Made by a program: the position numbers and the translations under genes. From positions 310,001-374,000 of the forward strand of contig OU015569.1 in assembly GCA_907165135.1 (NCBI GenBank): a stretch of 64,000 bases of DNA. The letters run 5' to 3'. Source of the DNA: Oikopleura dioica. Taxonomy: Eukaryota > Animalia > Chordata. Positions 26,273 through 36,635 of this stretch are shown here, piece by piece; the stretch's first letter is position 1; each line of letters begins with the position of its first letter. The notes under the pieces are model-generated. The model ran no database searches. It had not been told where the DNA came from and saw only the letters and a list, made by a program, of their open reading frames with translations.

Positions 26273-26688
26273 GTAGATTATCTATTGTCTTGAAGTGGTA
26301 ATTATTGGTTTTTAGGTTAATTAATTTACAAACAAACGGCTGGAGAAAGAGTCACTTCCGGAATGCATGCTTTCTTTTGTCAATCATTCAAAATTAATCG
26401 TCTCATTTTCTGAAAGTTCACTTTTCTGAAAGCGCTATAATAAAAATTGAATTCGTTCATGATTATTGACCTCAAGGCGGAGTTCCTCGCAGGAGTCGTT
26501 TCCGAGAAAGTAACAGTTTTGCTTACTTTCTCATTCACTTTTGGCAGTTTCAAAGTTTCAGTTATTTGCCGAGCAATAAATAATAATAAAATTAACGAGC
26601 AGGCAAATTTTCGTTTTTACCCACAGCTCCGCACTTTTACTCGCTTCAAGACTTGTCCTTTTAGAGAGAGAGAGCTGTCCCTTTGCGG

Positions 26689-28154
26689 ATGTCGGTTGTC
26701 GAGGATTTTGATGTTGAGGGAGCATTCGAGTTTGCCAAAAAACTGGCGGTAGAAAATGGCGAAATAGTCAAGGAAGCCTGAGTTGAATTTTAAAGTTCGA
26801 TTGCGATTCCCGATCGTTTGGAAAGACACTCTCCGGTCAGCTCAGATTAGGTCGCCTTTCACAAGCCAAAGAATGTCGACACAAAGAGCAATCCGACAGA
26901 TCTTGTCACTGAGACTGACCGCCTGGTCGAGAAGAATATTTTTGCAGCGATCCGGCAGAAATACCCAAATCACAAACTTATCGGAGAAGAAAGCTTTACT
27001 GGACCTATGAGTTTGACACTAACGTAAGTTCAAAGATTTTTTCATACTTCGCCAGTTGCTGAAATAAGGTAGATAATCAATGATGATAAGGTCGCTTAGG
27101 AGCGATTTCTGGCGCTAAAGGGCTTTTTCTAGAGTATTTAAGCGGAGCAAAAATTTATTACACAGCAAAATGTTAAGCAAAATTTACTTAAATTTGTGGC
27201 AACTAATTGACGAAAACTAAAATGAAACTATTCTTTGTACAAAATCTTTGAATGCATCGAGAGCTCTGCAAAAAACATCGCGAGGGTTACCATTTGTAAT
27301 ACAAATAAATAAAAATTTCTATGTATATTTAGTGCAGTATATAATGTTGCAGACCGATCATTTCCAGTAGATATTCCACTACAAGTATTTTATTTAGTAA
27401 CGAACCGACTTGGGTGATAGATCCAATCGACGGCACGAGCAATTTCGTCACCGGCTTTCCATACGTCGCCGTGGTCATTGGCCTCTTGCTAAACAAAGAG
27501 CCCGTTTTCGGCGTCGTTTTCAACCCCATTCTCGGCGAGTTATTCAGCGCGCGCAAGGGCCACGGCAGCTTTCTCAACGGCAACCAAATTTTCGTGAAAA
27601 AAACGACGGAACTGAACGAGTCCGTGGTCCTTTCCGGTTTCACGTCGGGGCGCAATTACGAGAATTTGGCGAAAGTGAGGGGCAATCTCGAGGCGATTTT
27701 GATGAATCCGGCGATCGGAATTAGAATGCTCGGGTCGACGGCTTGCGCGATGACGATCGTCGCGGCTGGAAGAGGAGGTACTCTACTTGCTTTTTAACTT
27801 GCACTTTTAATTTTTTAATGAAGCGGCCAGCACGAAAATATACCAAATGAAGCTCGCATGTAGAGTTCGTTAAGAAAAAAAACATCTCAAAAAGAAAATT
27901 GACAAATTGAAATTTTATATATTTTCTAATGCCATTTTTTAGATGCTTACTTTGGAGCAAACTTTCACATTTGGGACATCGCCGCGCCGACGATTATCAT
28001 CACTGAAGCTGGAGGCGTCGTTGGCGATCTGGCTGGCGAGGAGCTCAATCTTATGAAGCGGCAGATCATCTCCACTTGCACGCCGGAACTAATGCGCAAG
28101 ATAGCCGACAAGATCACGCCCATCAACCCGGAAGCAGACGGAAGTGTCGAGTGA
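26689..28154 (+). CDS. IMPA1: Inositol monophosphatase
   Basis: TDLVTETDRLVE...HKLIGEE; TWVIDPIDGTSNFVTGFP; IRMLGSTA; HIWDIAAPTIIITEAGG. Confidence 0.92.
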
Positions 28155-28299
28155 AACAACCTCTTTTCTCCAAAATCATGAAAATCAAATGTCTTCATCC
28201 CTCTTTCTCTCCCTCTTCCCATTTGTTCCTTCCTGTTCAATTTATGTATTCTCTTGTCAGACTAAATTAAACGCCAGAGCTAATTATTCTCGTTTCAGA

Positions 28300-29052
28300 A
28301 TGCCAGAAGAAGTGTTTGAAAGTAAGCTGCTGAAGAAGGTTGATATGTCCGATATCAAACTGCCGCCGAATCTCGTTGTCCGTCCCTTAACTAGTAAGTC
28401 TCGTTCTGGGCTCGGCAACCTGTTTAGAAAACCTGAGTCAGGCTCTGAAAGAGCTAAAAGCCGCGTTTTCTACACAGGTTGCCGAGCCCAGTTCTCACAA
28501 TAACTCTTTTACGATAAAAAACGCTGTTCACTAATCGTTTGATTTAGTCGAAGACAATGAGAACGGATTTTTCGAGCTGCTGGCCCAATTGACGAAAGTA
28601 GGAGAGATCAGCGTCGAAGAGTACACCGCCCGCTTCAACCAGATGAAATCGTCCAAGTGCTACTTCGTCCTGGTCGTCGCGGACAACGAGCAAAACGGGA
28701 AGATCATCGGAACGGCGACGCTCATTCTAGAGCAGAAGTTCATTCGCCAGTGCGCGCTCAAGGGACGAGTTGAAGAGGTTCGTTTTGACTCTCGTTTCAT
28801 TCATTTGGAATTCATTTTTGAAGGTTGTTGTCGACGAGTCGGCGAGAGGAACTGGCCTTGGAAAGTATTTAGTTTTGGCTTGCACGCGATTGTCGAAGCA
28901 ACTTGGAGTTTACAAAGTAAGCGCCCCCTCACTTTCCTTCTTGATGGCTTCTCTTTCAGACGACGCTAGAATGCGCGCCGCACAACGTCAAGTTCTACGA
29001 AAAAGCAGGCTACTCCGACGCCGGCGAGAAATACATGCAAATTCGATTTTAG
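28300..29052 (+). CDS. GNPNAT1: Glucosamine-6-phosphate N-acetyltransferase
   Basis: [72 protein letters not shown]. Confidence 0.93.
28406..28491. mobile_element. CCTGAGTCAGG-family MITE (internally deleted) in GNPNAT1 intron 1
   Basis: CTGGGCTCGGCAACCTGTTTAGAAAAC ... GTTTTCTACACAGGTTGCCGAGCCCAG, a near-perfect TIR. Confidence 0.85.
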
Positions 29053-29408
29053 CCGCTCAAATTGATCGAATTGATGCTCCCTATCAAAAGGTGTCTAACA
29101 ATAACGAATCCAAACGAAATATATATTCTTTACTGACAGTAAACCAGTCCTTCTGTACTCGACTTATACCAACTCAAACAAACAAATATACAGTCATCGT
29201 CGCTGTAAAAAACGTTAATCTTCATGAAATCGTAATTTTCAATTTTCCGTTTATTTTTTATTCAAAAAATCCAATCCAAGAATTCAAAATTTTTTGTAAT
29301 TTTCAAAATACAATTTTAATTTTCTGTAGAGCGTTCCGGCTCATTTCCTAGATTTTTAAAAATAAAAAAGAAAAATGTCTCAATTTCTATCAATTTTTTT
29401 CGATCAGA

Positions 29409-30112
29409 ATGGAAATTAACTGGGAACAGACGAGGAAGGACGCGGTAGAGCTGGTTCTTCGGGGTTGGACGGCGCTCGACTTGCAGATTTCCAACAATCC
29501 TCACGAGATGGAGATTAGACAGTGGATGCCGGAGCCCATTTCGCAGGCGCTACAGTAATTATTGGCTAATCCTTGGCTCGACTAACTGTATAGAAAACCT
29601 GAGTCAGGGTCTGAATTATCTTTGGTGAAATGCCGAAATGACCCTTTCAAACCCTGACTCAGGTTTTCCACACAGATTGCCGAAGGCAGCACTAAACTGA
29701 CAGTCGATAATCGTTTTTTCAGGGACAACCCTTGTGTGGACGAAATGGAAGACTGGCTGGCAGGTCTTCTAGATTCAAACTTCCACCTGGTGTGCGAGGA
29801 CGACTCCTGCTTTGAAGTTGCGCGACATTTGGTTGAAGTACAGAGGCTAGTGCACAGAAGAGACCACCAGAAATTGCTTGATTATTGCGAGAAGCTTCCC
29901 AAAGTAACTCTTCTATTAATAATTAAGTAATAATAATAAAGTGTTCCGGCGTTGCAAGCTCGATGCTGTCGAAAAACGAAGAGGAGGATTCTAGCTCCGA
30001 CGAAGAAACGACGAGTCCTCCTGTGCAACAACAGTCAAAGCCGAAGCCGCGGAAAGAGGAACCAGAGGATGATATGGAGGTGGAAGAAGGATGGAGCGTT
30101 GTCCGGAAATAA
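29409..30112 (+). CDS. TSR2: Pre-rRNA-processing protein TSR2
   Basis: VELVLRGWTALDL; DEMEDWLAGLLDSNFHLVCEDDSCFEVARHL; acidic tail ending EEGWSVVRK. Confidence 0.8.
29572..29689. mobile_element. CCTGAGTCAGG-family MITE in TSR2 intron 1
   Basis: AGAAAACCTGAGTCAGG ... CCTGACTCAGGTTTTCCACACAG with degenerate outer TIR. Confidence 0.8.
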
Positions 30113-30157
30113 TCAAAGAAAAAGTTCTGTAAAAAAATTGATATTTTTGGATTCAGA

Positions 30158-31547
30158 ATGAGCACTAGACGGGCGAAAGTGAAAGGGGCTGAAATCGAGG
30201 CGTTTGTTGTCACTCACGATGCTGTGCCGCGCATTTCCAGCGGCAAGACTGGAACGAGTCCGAAAAAGGATCAAGGAGGACAGGAGCGGGAGAGAACGAG
30301 CTCTTTGGCGAGCGCTATTTCCAAGAGCAGAGCAGCCTCGCAGCTGCAGGACGTCAAGATTGACGAAGAATACGCGGGAATGAACGATTACGAGAACTCG
30401 GACGGGAGCGAGCGAGAGGAAGAGGATTTCGCGCACAATGACGCGATCGCCTTTCACGACAGATTCTTCGAAGCGTCGAAGAGATCGAAAACGTCGAATG
30501 CGACGCTCAAAATCGACAAAAACGAGGTGCAAAAGCGAATGGAGATTTTGGGCGATTCGGCGAAGCCACTTCCGTGTGGCGATTTTGCTGCCCATTTTCC
30601 GAGCTGGGACGCGTACTTGGCCCATGATTACAGTCTCTTACTCTACGGACTGGGCTCGAAGCTGCCGGTAATGAAAGCGTACTACAATCATCTGCGCGCA
30701 CAGGACTTTGACTGCCTCTTCTTCAACGCATGGAGAGAAGACGCGTCCGACAAGGTGCTTTTCGACACGATTTTGACCGACGCGTTGGACGAGAAACCAT
30801 CTTCTTCGGTTGAAAACGCGATCGAACGACTCGTCGAGCACTACAAAACCGACGAGGCCTATCATCTCGTCATTTTCATCAACAACATCGAATCGAACTG
30901 CATCGCCAGGTCGTTGGATCTTCTTGTCGAGCTCGTCATGCTCAAGAAGATCAGCCTCGTCGCCACGATGGACAAGGTTTGTCTTGAGCAAAAGAATGAT
31001 AAAATAACAGCATTTGCTTTTAGATATACGGAGCATTTGCATTTGACCAATGCCAAAGATCGCAGCTCAACTTTGTTTCAATCGAGACTGCCACATTTAT
31101 GCCCTACGTTTTCGAGACAAAGTCGGGCCACAGTATTTGGGCGAAAAGCGCCGGGAAAATTGGTAAGAAAATGCTCTTTTCGTTCATGTCTTTTTAAACA
31201 GTGAAATTGCAGGTGTTGCTTCACTGCAGCATGTTTACGACTCGCTGACGCAGAATGGCCAGGGAGTGCTCAAGATTATCATCAAAGACCAAATCGCGAA
31301 GATGAAGGAAAAGAAAGACGGCCCTTCTTTCAAAGGTAAATACTTCTAGCAATCGTAATTTTCACTTTCGGCTTTAGAATTGTACAAGCTCTGCCGAAAG
31401 GGCTTCTTGGTCAACTCGGAAGCGGCTCTGAAGGCGCAGCTGGTCGAGCTCAAGGATCACCAGCTGATTGGCGAGGGCACTCAAGAAATCAGAATCCAGC
31501 TTCAAACAAGCCAGCTCGAGGAATTCCTCCGGACGAATGTCAAATGA
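30158..31547 (+). CDS. ORC2: Origin recognition complex subunit 2
   Basis: WDAYLAHDYSLLLYGLGSKLPVM; LVIFINNIES; ISLVATMDK; ETATFMPYVFET; SLQHVYDSLTQNGQGV; FLVNSEAALKAQLVELKDHQLI. Confidence 0.92.
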
Positions 31548-31680
31548 TGATCATCACTCACCGCTTTTTTCAAATCCTCACTTCAATTATCACTTCGTTT
31601 ATCAACTTAAACTGCCAAAAAATGAATAAATAACAGTTTGACTGAAAATTGCTTCTCTTCGTTGATTTCAATTTTTCAGA

Positions 31681-32250
31681 ATGGCGGAAGTAAGCGCGGA
31701 AGTAGCAGCTATCCCTTGTCTGAGTACTAATGCGGGCCCTCGAGATACTGAGAATTGGGTGACGCGAGTCAAGGAAGAGTACTTGGCTTTGATTCAGTAC
31801 ATCAAGCAAAACAAAGAGCGCGACAACGACTGGTTCAAGCTCGAGTCTAACAAGTATGCTGGTTAAATTGTTTTTGAATTGAATGATTTGTTGAGGGAAG
31901 GAACCAAATGGTGGGGCAAGTGTTGGTACCTCTATGAGCACCAGCGCTACGAGTTTCGAGTCGAGTTTGACATCCCCGTCGCCTATCCCCAAGCCGCCAT
32001 CGAAATCACCCTGCCCGAACTAGAAGGAAAAACTGCCAAGATGTACCGCGGCGGGCGAATTTGCCTGGTAACAGATTCCTAGTCGTTCGAAAAGTCTAAC
32101 TTTTACATTCAGACGGATCATTTCAAGCCGCTTTGGCAACGAAACATCCCTAAATTTGGCATTGCACACGCGATGGCGCTTGGTTTAGCTCCTTGGCTAG
32201 CTGTTGAAGTTCCCGATCTTGTTCAAAAAAAGCTTATTTCTGTCGAGTAA
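31681..32250 (+). CDS. UFC1: UFM1-conjugating enzyme
   Basis: [12 protein letters not shown]...[15 protein letters not shown]...[21 protein letters not shown]; [26 protein letters not shown]...[20 protein letters not shown]. Confidence 0.97.
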
Positions 32251-32527
32251 TGTTTCGTTAAAATAGTATTTGTGCAATTGTCAAAAATGAATAAAAATAC
32301 AGCTCTTCATCCCTCATTTTTTCTCAGGTGGAATTTTCCTCGTTGAGAAAAAAAAATGTTTCTCGTTTATTTTTTGCAGGCTTTTCTCGTGAACAAGAGT
32401 TCGCCCCTTTTGTCCTGCGAGTTGATTTTCGCCGGGCAAGTGAGCTTGTTTGCGAGAGCTCAGATTGGCTACTTTACGCTCTGAATTCGTTTTCGCCAAT
32501 TCAATTTTCAATTTTGCTGAAAAGAGA

Positions 32528-33392
32528 ATGAGCAACTCGAAAATCCTGCTTTACGGGTACCCCGCTTCCTCCGCCACCTGGCGCGTGCGGGCCGCCATGA
32601 TCTACAAAAAAGTCGACTTCGAGGAGAAAATGATCGACATCAACGTCGGTGACGCGGGCTTTACAGCGAAGGTCAACCCGATGGGCTTTGTTCCCGCCGT
32701 AAAGTTTCCTCAAAACGAAGAGGCTCTTTTGAATCGCTCCCGATCATGGAGCTTCTTGATCAACTCTATCCCGAGCAGCCGATTCTACCCAAGGATCCAT
32801 TTCAACGAGCCAGGAAAGAGTTTCCCCTTTGACCCCTTAATTTCAGTTTCATTAGTAATGATTTGTTTATACAGTAATCTTCTCAGTTAATCTTAATTGG
32901 GAAGCAAAAACAGATGTCGCCAAATCACGGAAATAGTCAATTCCGGCATGCAGCCATTGCAGAATCCCTTCATGATCAAGGTCAATAATGAATAACTAGA
33001 TTTTTCCCTTCAAATAAAAACTCAGCTTGCTGGACTGGAGGGCGATGCAAAGAAGGAGTTCATGGAGTTTACTCAAAACCGCGGGCTCAGAACGCTCGAG
33101 TCCCTTGTCGGCGAAAAATTCTGGTAAAAATAAACAAAATAAAGGAAGAACAAGATGATTTCAGCGTTGGGGATCATTTGACAATCGCGGACTTTGCTTT
33201 CGTTCCTCAAATTCGCAATCTGGTCGACCGCTGGAACATTTCCATCGACGCGTATCCGAAAGTCAAGGCTCTTTACGAGAACCTCAAGGGTTGGTTTTTT
33301 AATTTTGATTTTGCATTTTGTTTATCATTTTTTTCAAATTCAGAAATGGAGTGCATCGCTCAAGCTCATCCAAAAATCAGAAGATGGATTAA
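32528..33392 (+). CDS. GSTZ1: Glutathione S-transferase zeta / maleylacetoacetate isomerase; apparent frameshift at 32727-32730
   Basis: LYGYPASSATWRVR; VNPMGFVPA; (E)SLPIMELLDQLYPEQPILPKDP; VNSGMQPLQN; CVGDHLTIADFAFVPQI. Confidence 0.85.
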
Positions 33393-33445
33393 TCCTTTTC
33401 AAATTCGAATTGATGATTGTTTATTTAATAAAATCTAAATGAAAA

Positions 33446-35212
33446 TTACAGCTCGAGAGTTTTTGGCGTTTCCCAAGAGAATCCTTCTCGTCCAAAATGG
33501 CCATAAGCAGTTGTCGGTCGGAAGATGGGCTTGCGGAGGCCAAGTGCTCTGAAAGTAAAGTTGAGATAATTCCTCCTTGTTGTCGATTGATTACTTGACG
33601 ATGGCTCCGGGTCGGAGGTCGAAGTTCTTCTTGACGATTTCGGAGAGCTCGGCATTGCTCTTCTCGGAGGTGCCGTAGCTGTCGACGTGGATTGAGGTGG
33701 GCTGGGCGACACCGATCGCGTAGGAGACTTGGACGAGGACGCGCTTGCAGAGACCGCCTTTGACCAGCGACTTGGCTACCCAGCGAGCGGCGTAAGCGGC
33801 AGATCGATCGACTACGAGATTGGACTAAACAAAGAGAACGCTTCTCTTACCCTTGGTGTAATCTTTTCCGGAGAAAGCTCCACCGCCGTGGGCTCCCCAT
33901 CCGCCATAAGTGTCGACGATGATTTTTCGCCCGGTGAGGCCAGCATCGCCTTGAGGACCGCCAATGACGAATCGACCTGAGGGCTGGAGATGGTAGATCG
34001 TGTTCTCGTCGATCAGATGAGCGGGAATAACTGCGTCAATGATCTAAGCAATTTTTACCAGAAAAAACTTTGAATGTCTTTTTGAACCTTGGACTTGAGC
34101 TGGGCTCGTTGCTCTTCGAGGGTGATCTCTTCAGCGTGCTGGACGGAAATGACGACTGTGTGGACTCGAGTGGGAATGACTTCGCCATTTCGCAGCTCGT
34201 GTTCGCAGGTGACCTGTGTCTTCGAATCAGGTCGCAGCCACTCGCAAGAGGGATCCGTCTTCCTTAGCTCGGCCATTTTTCGGTTCAAGTTGTGCGCCAA
34301 AGAAATCGTCAGCGGCATGCACTCTTCTGTCTCGTTGGTAGCGTAGCCAAACATCAAGCCCTGATCACCAGCGCCAACATCGTCATCGTCTCTGAATTTG
34401 ACTTTTTTATTGAGGGCATAATCAGACACTACTGGTAATAAAAATGTGTTTTCATTTTCATAAGTTATGTTTTTACTTGATAATATGTAATTGCTGATCA
34501 AATGGTTTTACACGAACTGATCATGTCACTTATATAATTACCATCTCTTAATTATGATGAAATCTGGGCTCAGCAACCTGAGTCAGGTATTCAAATTTGA
34601 ATGAAAACGAAGCCTTGCGGCTTTGTCTTAAAAAAAGCCGCTAGGCGGCTTTCCATTTATGCTCTTGAAAACCTGGTTTTTACACAGGTTTCGTATCAGT
34701 ATTTTGTCTCAAATGATTCATTACCTGTCGATGTGAACACCTTGAGCAATATCAGGAGATTGTTCTTCCAACGCGACGAGGATGTTGCAAGTCTTGTAGT
34801 TGAAACCCTTGTCGTCGGAGTCGTAGCCAATGTCTTTGATAGCTCCTCGGATGACCTACGGGTAGGATTGATGTTTTCAAGGAAGAAGCACTTGATTCCT
34901 TACAGATTGGTAATCAACATTTGCTTTGGAAGAAACTTCGCCGCAGACCATGATCATGCCTGTCTTGGCGACGGATTCGCAAGCAACCTTGGCATTTGGG
35001 TCCTGGGCGAGGTGAGCGTCGAGGACGGCATCGGAGACGCAATCGCAGATCTTGTCCGGATGGCCTTCGCCAACCGACTCAGAAGTAAACAGAAACCTGA
35101 AAAGAACGAAGCCTGACTGATCAAATCAACTTGGAAATCCACTTTAGACTCGAAGACTCTAGAATTTCGAAGCGCTCTCTAACTTTGCATGAAAATCTTA
35201 CTTGTCCGACAT
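33446..35212 (-). CDS. MAT: S-adenosylmethionine synthetase
   Basis: [22 protein letters not shown]; [12 protein letters not shown]; [10 protein letters not shown]; [52 protein letters not shown]; YGHFGR. Confidence 0.98.
34564..34699. mobile_element. CCTGAGTCAGG-family MITE in a MAT intron
   Basis: CTGGGCTCAGCAACCTGAGTCAGG left end, AAAGCCGC/GCGGCTTT core, degenerate right end GGTTTTTACACAGGTT. Confidence 0.75.
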
Positions 35213-35628
35213 GATGCTGATGATCTGATACGACGATGATCAAAACTCGAATAAAATAGCCGACTCTCGAATCCGCCCCACTATAAAACAAGGGCAGCAC
35301 AGGCGGCGACACGATATTTTAATGGGCGGGGCGACAATCAAGAATACCAGCTGTGCACCTTCTCCCGATCTCGATTCAGAGCTTTCCCGTTCTCACAAGA
35401 CTCCAACGCCCACAGCGACGATGACCTAATTCGTTATCGAACTCGAGTACTACCGGCATTTACAACTTCCCAATTACACAACTCGTTTTTCAATTTTTCA
35501 TTTTTTCTAAAGTTTATTTCAGCTACTCTGCTACTTCTAGGCGAAAGTCACTCATCATTCGTATTCATAAATGGGATTGTGGCCACGAGAAAAGAATAAA
35601 TTGCGCTTCTTGACTGAATGACTGGAGT

Positions 35629-36165
35629 CTGGGCTCGGCAACCTGAGTAGAAAACGTGAGTCAGGCTCTGGAAGAGCTAAAATGAAAAGCCGCGTAGCGG
35701 GATGTCGGGCTCGTAGGGTCTGCCAGACCCGGGGTCTGCAAAAACAGACCCGGGGTCTGCAAATGCAGACCCGGGGTCTGCAAATGCAGACCCGGGGTCT
35801 GCACTGACGAGCAAAATTTTGGCTTCTTTGGCCCGTTTTGATTTAGAAATGTTCAAAGATGAAGTCTTCTCTAAGATCAGGCGCGAAGCGCATGAAAGCG
35901 CCTGTTCAATGTAAAATTCTGATACATTTTTTTCATGTGCAGACCCGCGGTCTGCATTTTGCAGACCCGGGGTCTGCATGCAGACCCTACGCGCCCTACA
36001 TCCGCGTAGCGGCCTTTTTAAAAACAAAGCCGCAAAGGAGTTTAAAGAAAATTTATATTGTTTATTTTCGAAGCGGCTTCGTTTCTTAAAAAGCCGCTAG
36101 GCGGCTTTTCATTTAAGCTCTTCCAGATCCTGACTCAGGTTTTCTACTCAGGTTGCCGAGCCCAG
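35629..36165. mobile_element. Composite CCTGAGTCAGG-family element with nested insert carrying CAGACCCGGGGTCTG palindromic repeats
   Basis: Outer TIR CTGGGCTCGGCAACCTGAGTAGAAAAC / GTTTTCTACTCAGGTTGCCGAGCCCAG, four 21-bp-period copies at 35724-35801 and two more at about 35940-35976, flanks ACTGGAGT/TCTGGAGT. Confidence 0.85.
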
Positions 36166-36635
36166 TCTGGAGTGGATCGTCTTCGAAAGTTGTCTCATAA
36201 ATCTAAAGCTCTTTTTATTTCTAGCCTTTTTGAGAACTTACTTCATCGGATCCTTGTAGCCACTTGTCAGGTCGAAAATGAAAAAGGCAAAAGTGAACAA
36301 AGTCAAATTCATCTTCTCCGGATAATTTTTGTTTGAAGAATTGCTTGAAATAGATGTTCTTTTATGTGCATTCTGGAATAAATCATTCATCAAATCGGCA
36401 CCTAATGAGAGGTATTAATGCATTTGGATGGCCCACATCTGTCTTTTTATGAGACAAGGTCACCGCAGTATCAGACGATTTTACGCCTCTCAAAACCTCA
36501 GAAAATTACGGGAGAAGCCTTCCTTCATAGGAAACAGCTTACTTTGTTTTTATTTGTATTCTTGCATTAATTTTCAATTAAAAAGAGTGAAAAACAGAAA
36601 TTTTCTGAATCTGGATTTATTGGCAAGGGCTGTGT

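Noticed and set aside
28406-28491. CCTGAGTCAGG MITEs as introners (intron-creating elements)
   Set aside because: In the copies examined the splice sites lie outside the element (e.g. GTAAG donor 11 nt upstream, acceptor about 55 nt downstream), so they inserted into existing introns.
32555-32600. GSTZ1 SSC to SSA active-site change
   Set aside because: Ala at this position occurs in functional non-mammalian zeta GSTs, and the catalytic Ser is kept.
33446-35212. METTL16-type TACAGA(G/A)AA regulatory hairpin in MAT
   Set aside because: I found no such motif on the sense strand at the splice acceptors or near the stop codon.
35724-35801. 21-bp periodic palindromic repeats as a CRISPR array
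   Set aside because: Spacers are only about 6 bp and nearly identical, there are no cas genes, the context is eukaryotic, and the repeats sit inside a MITE.
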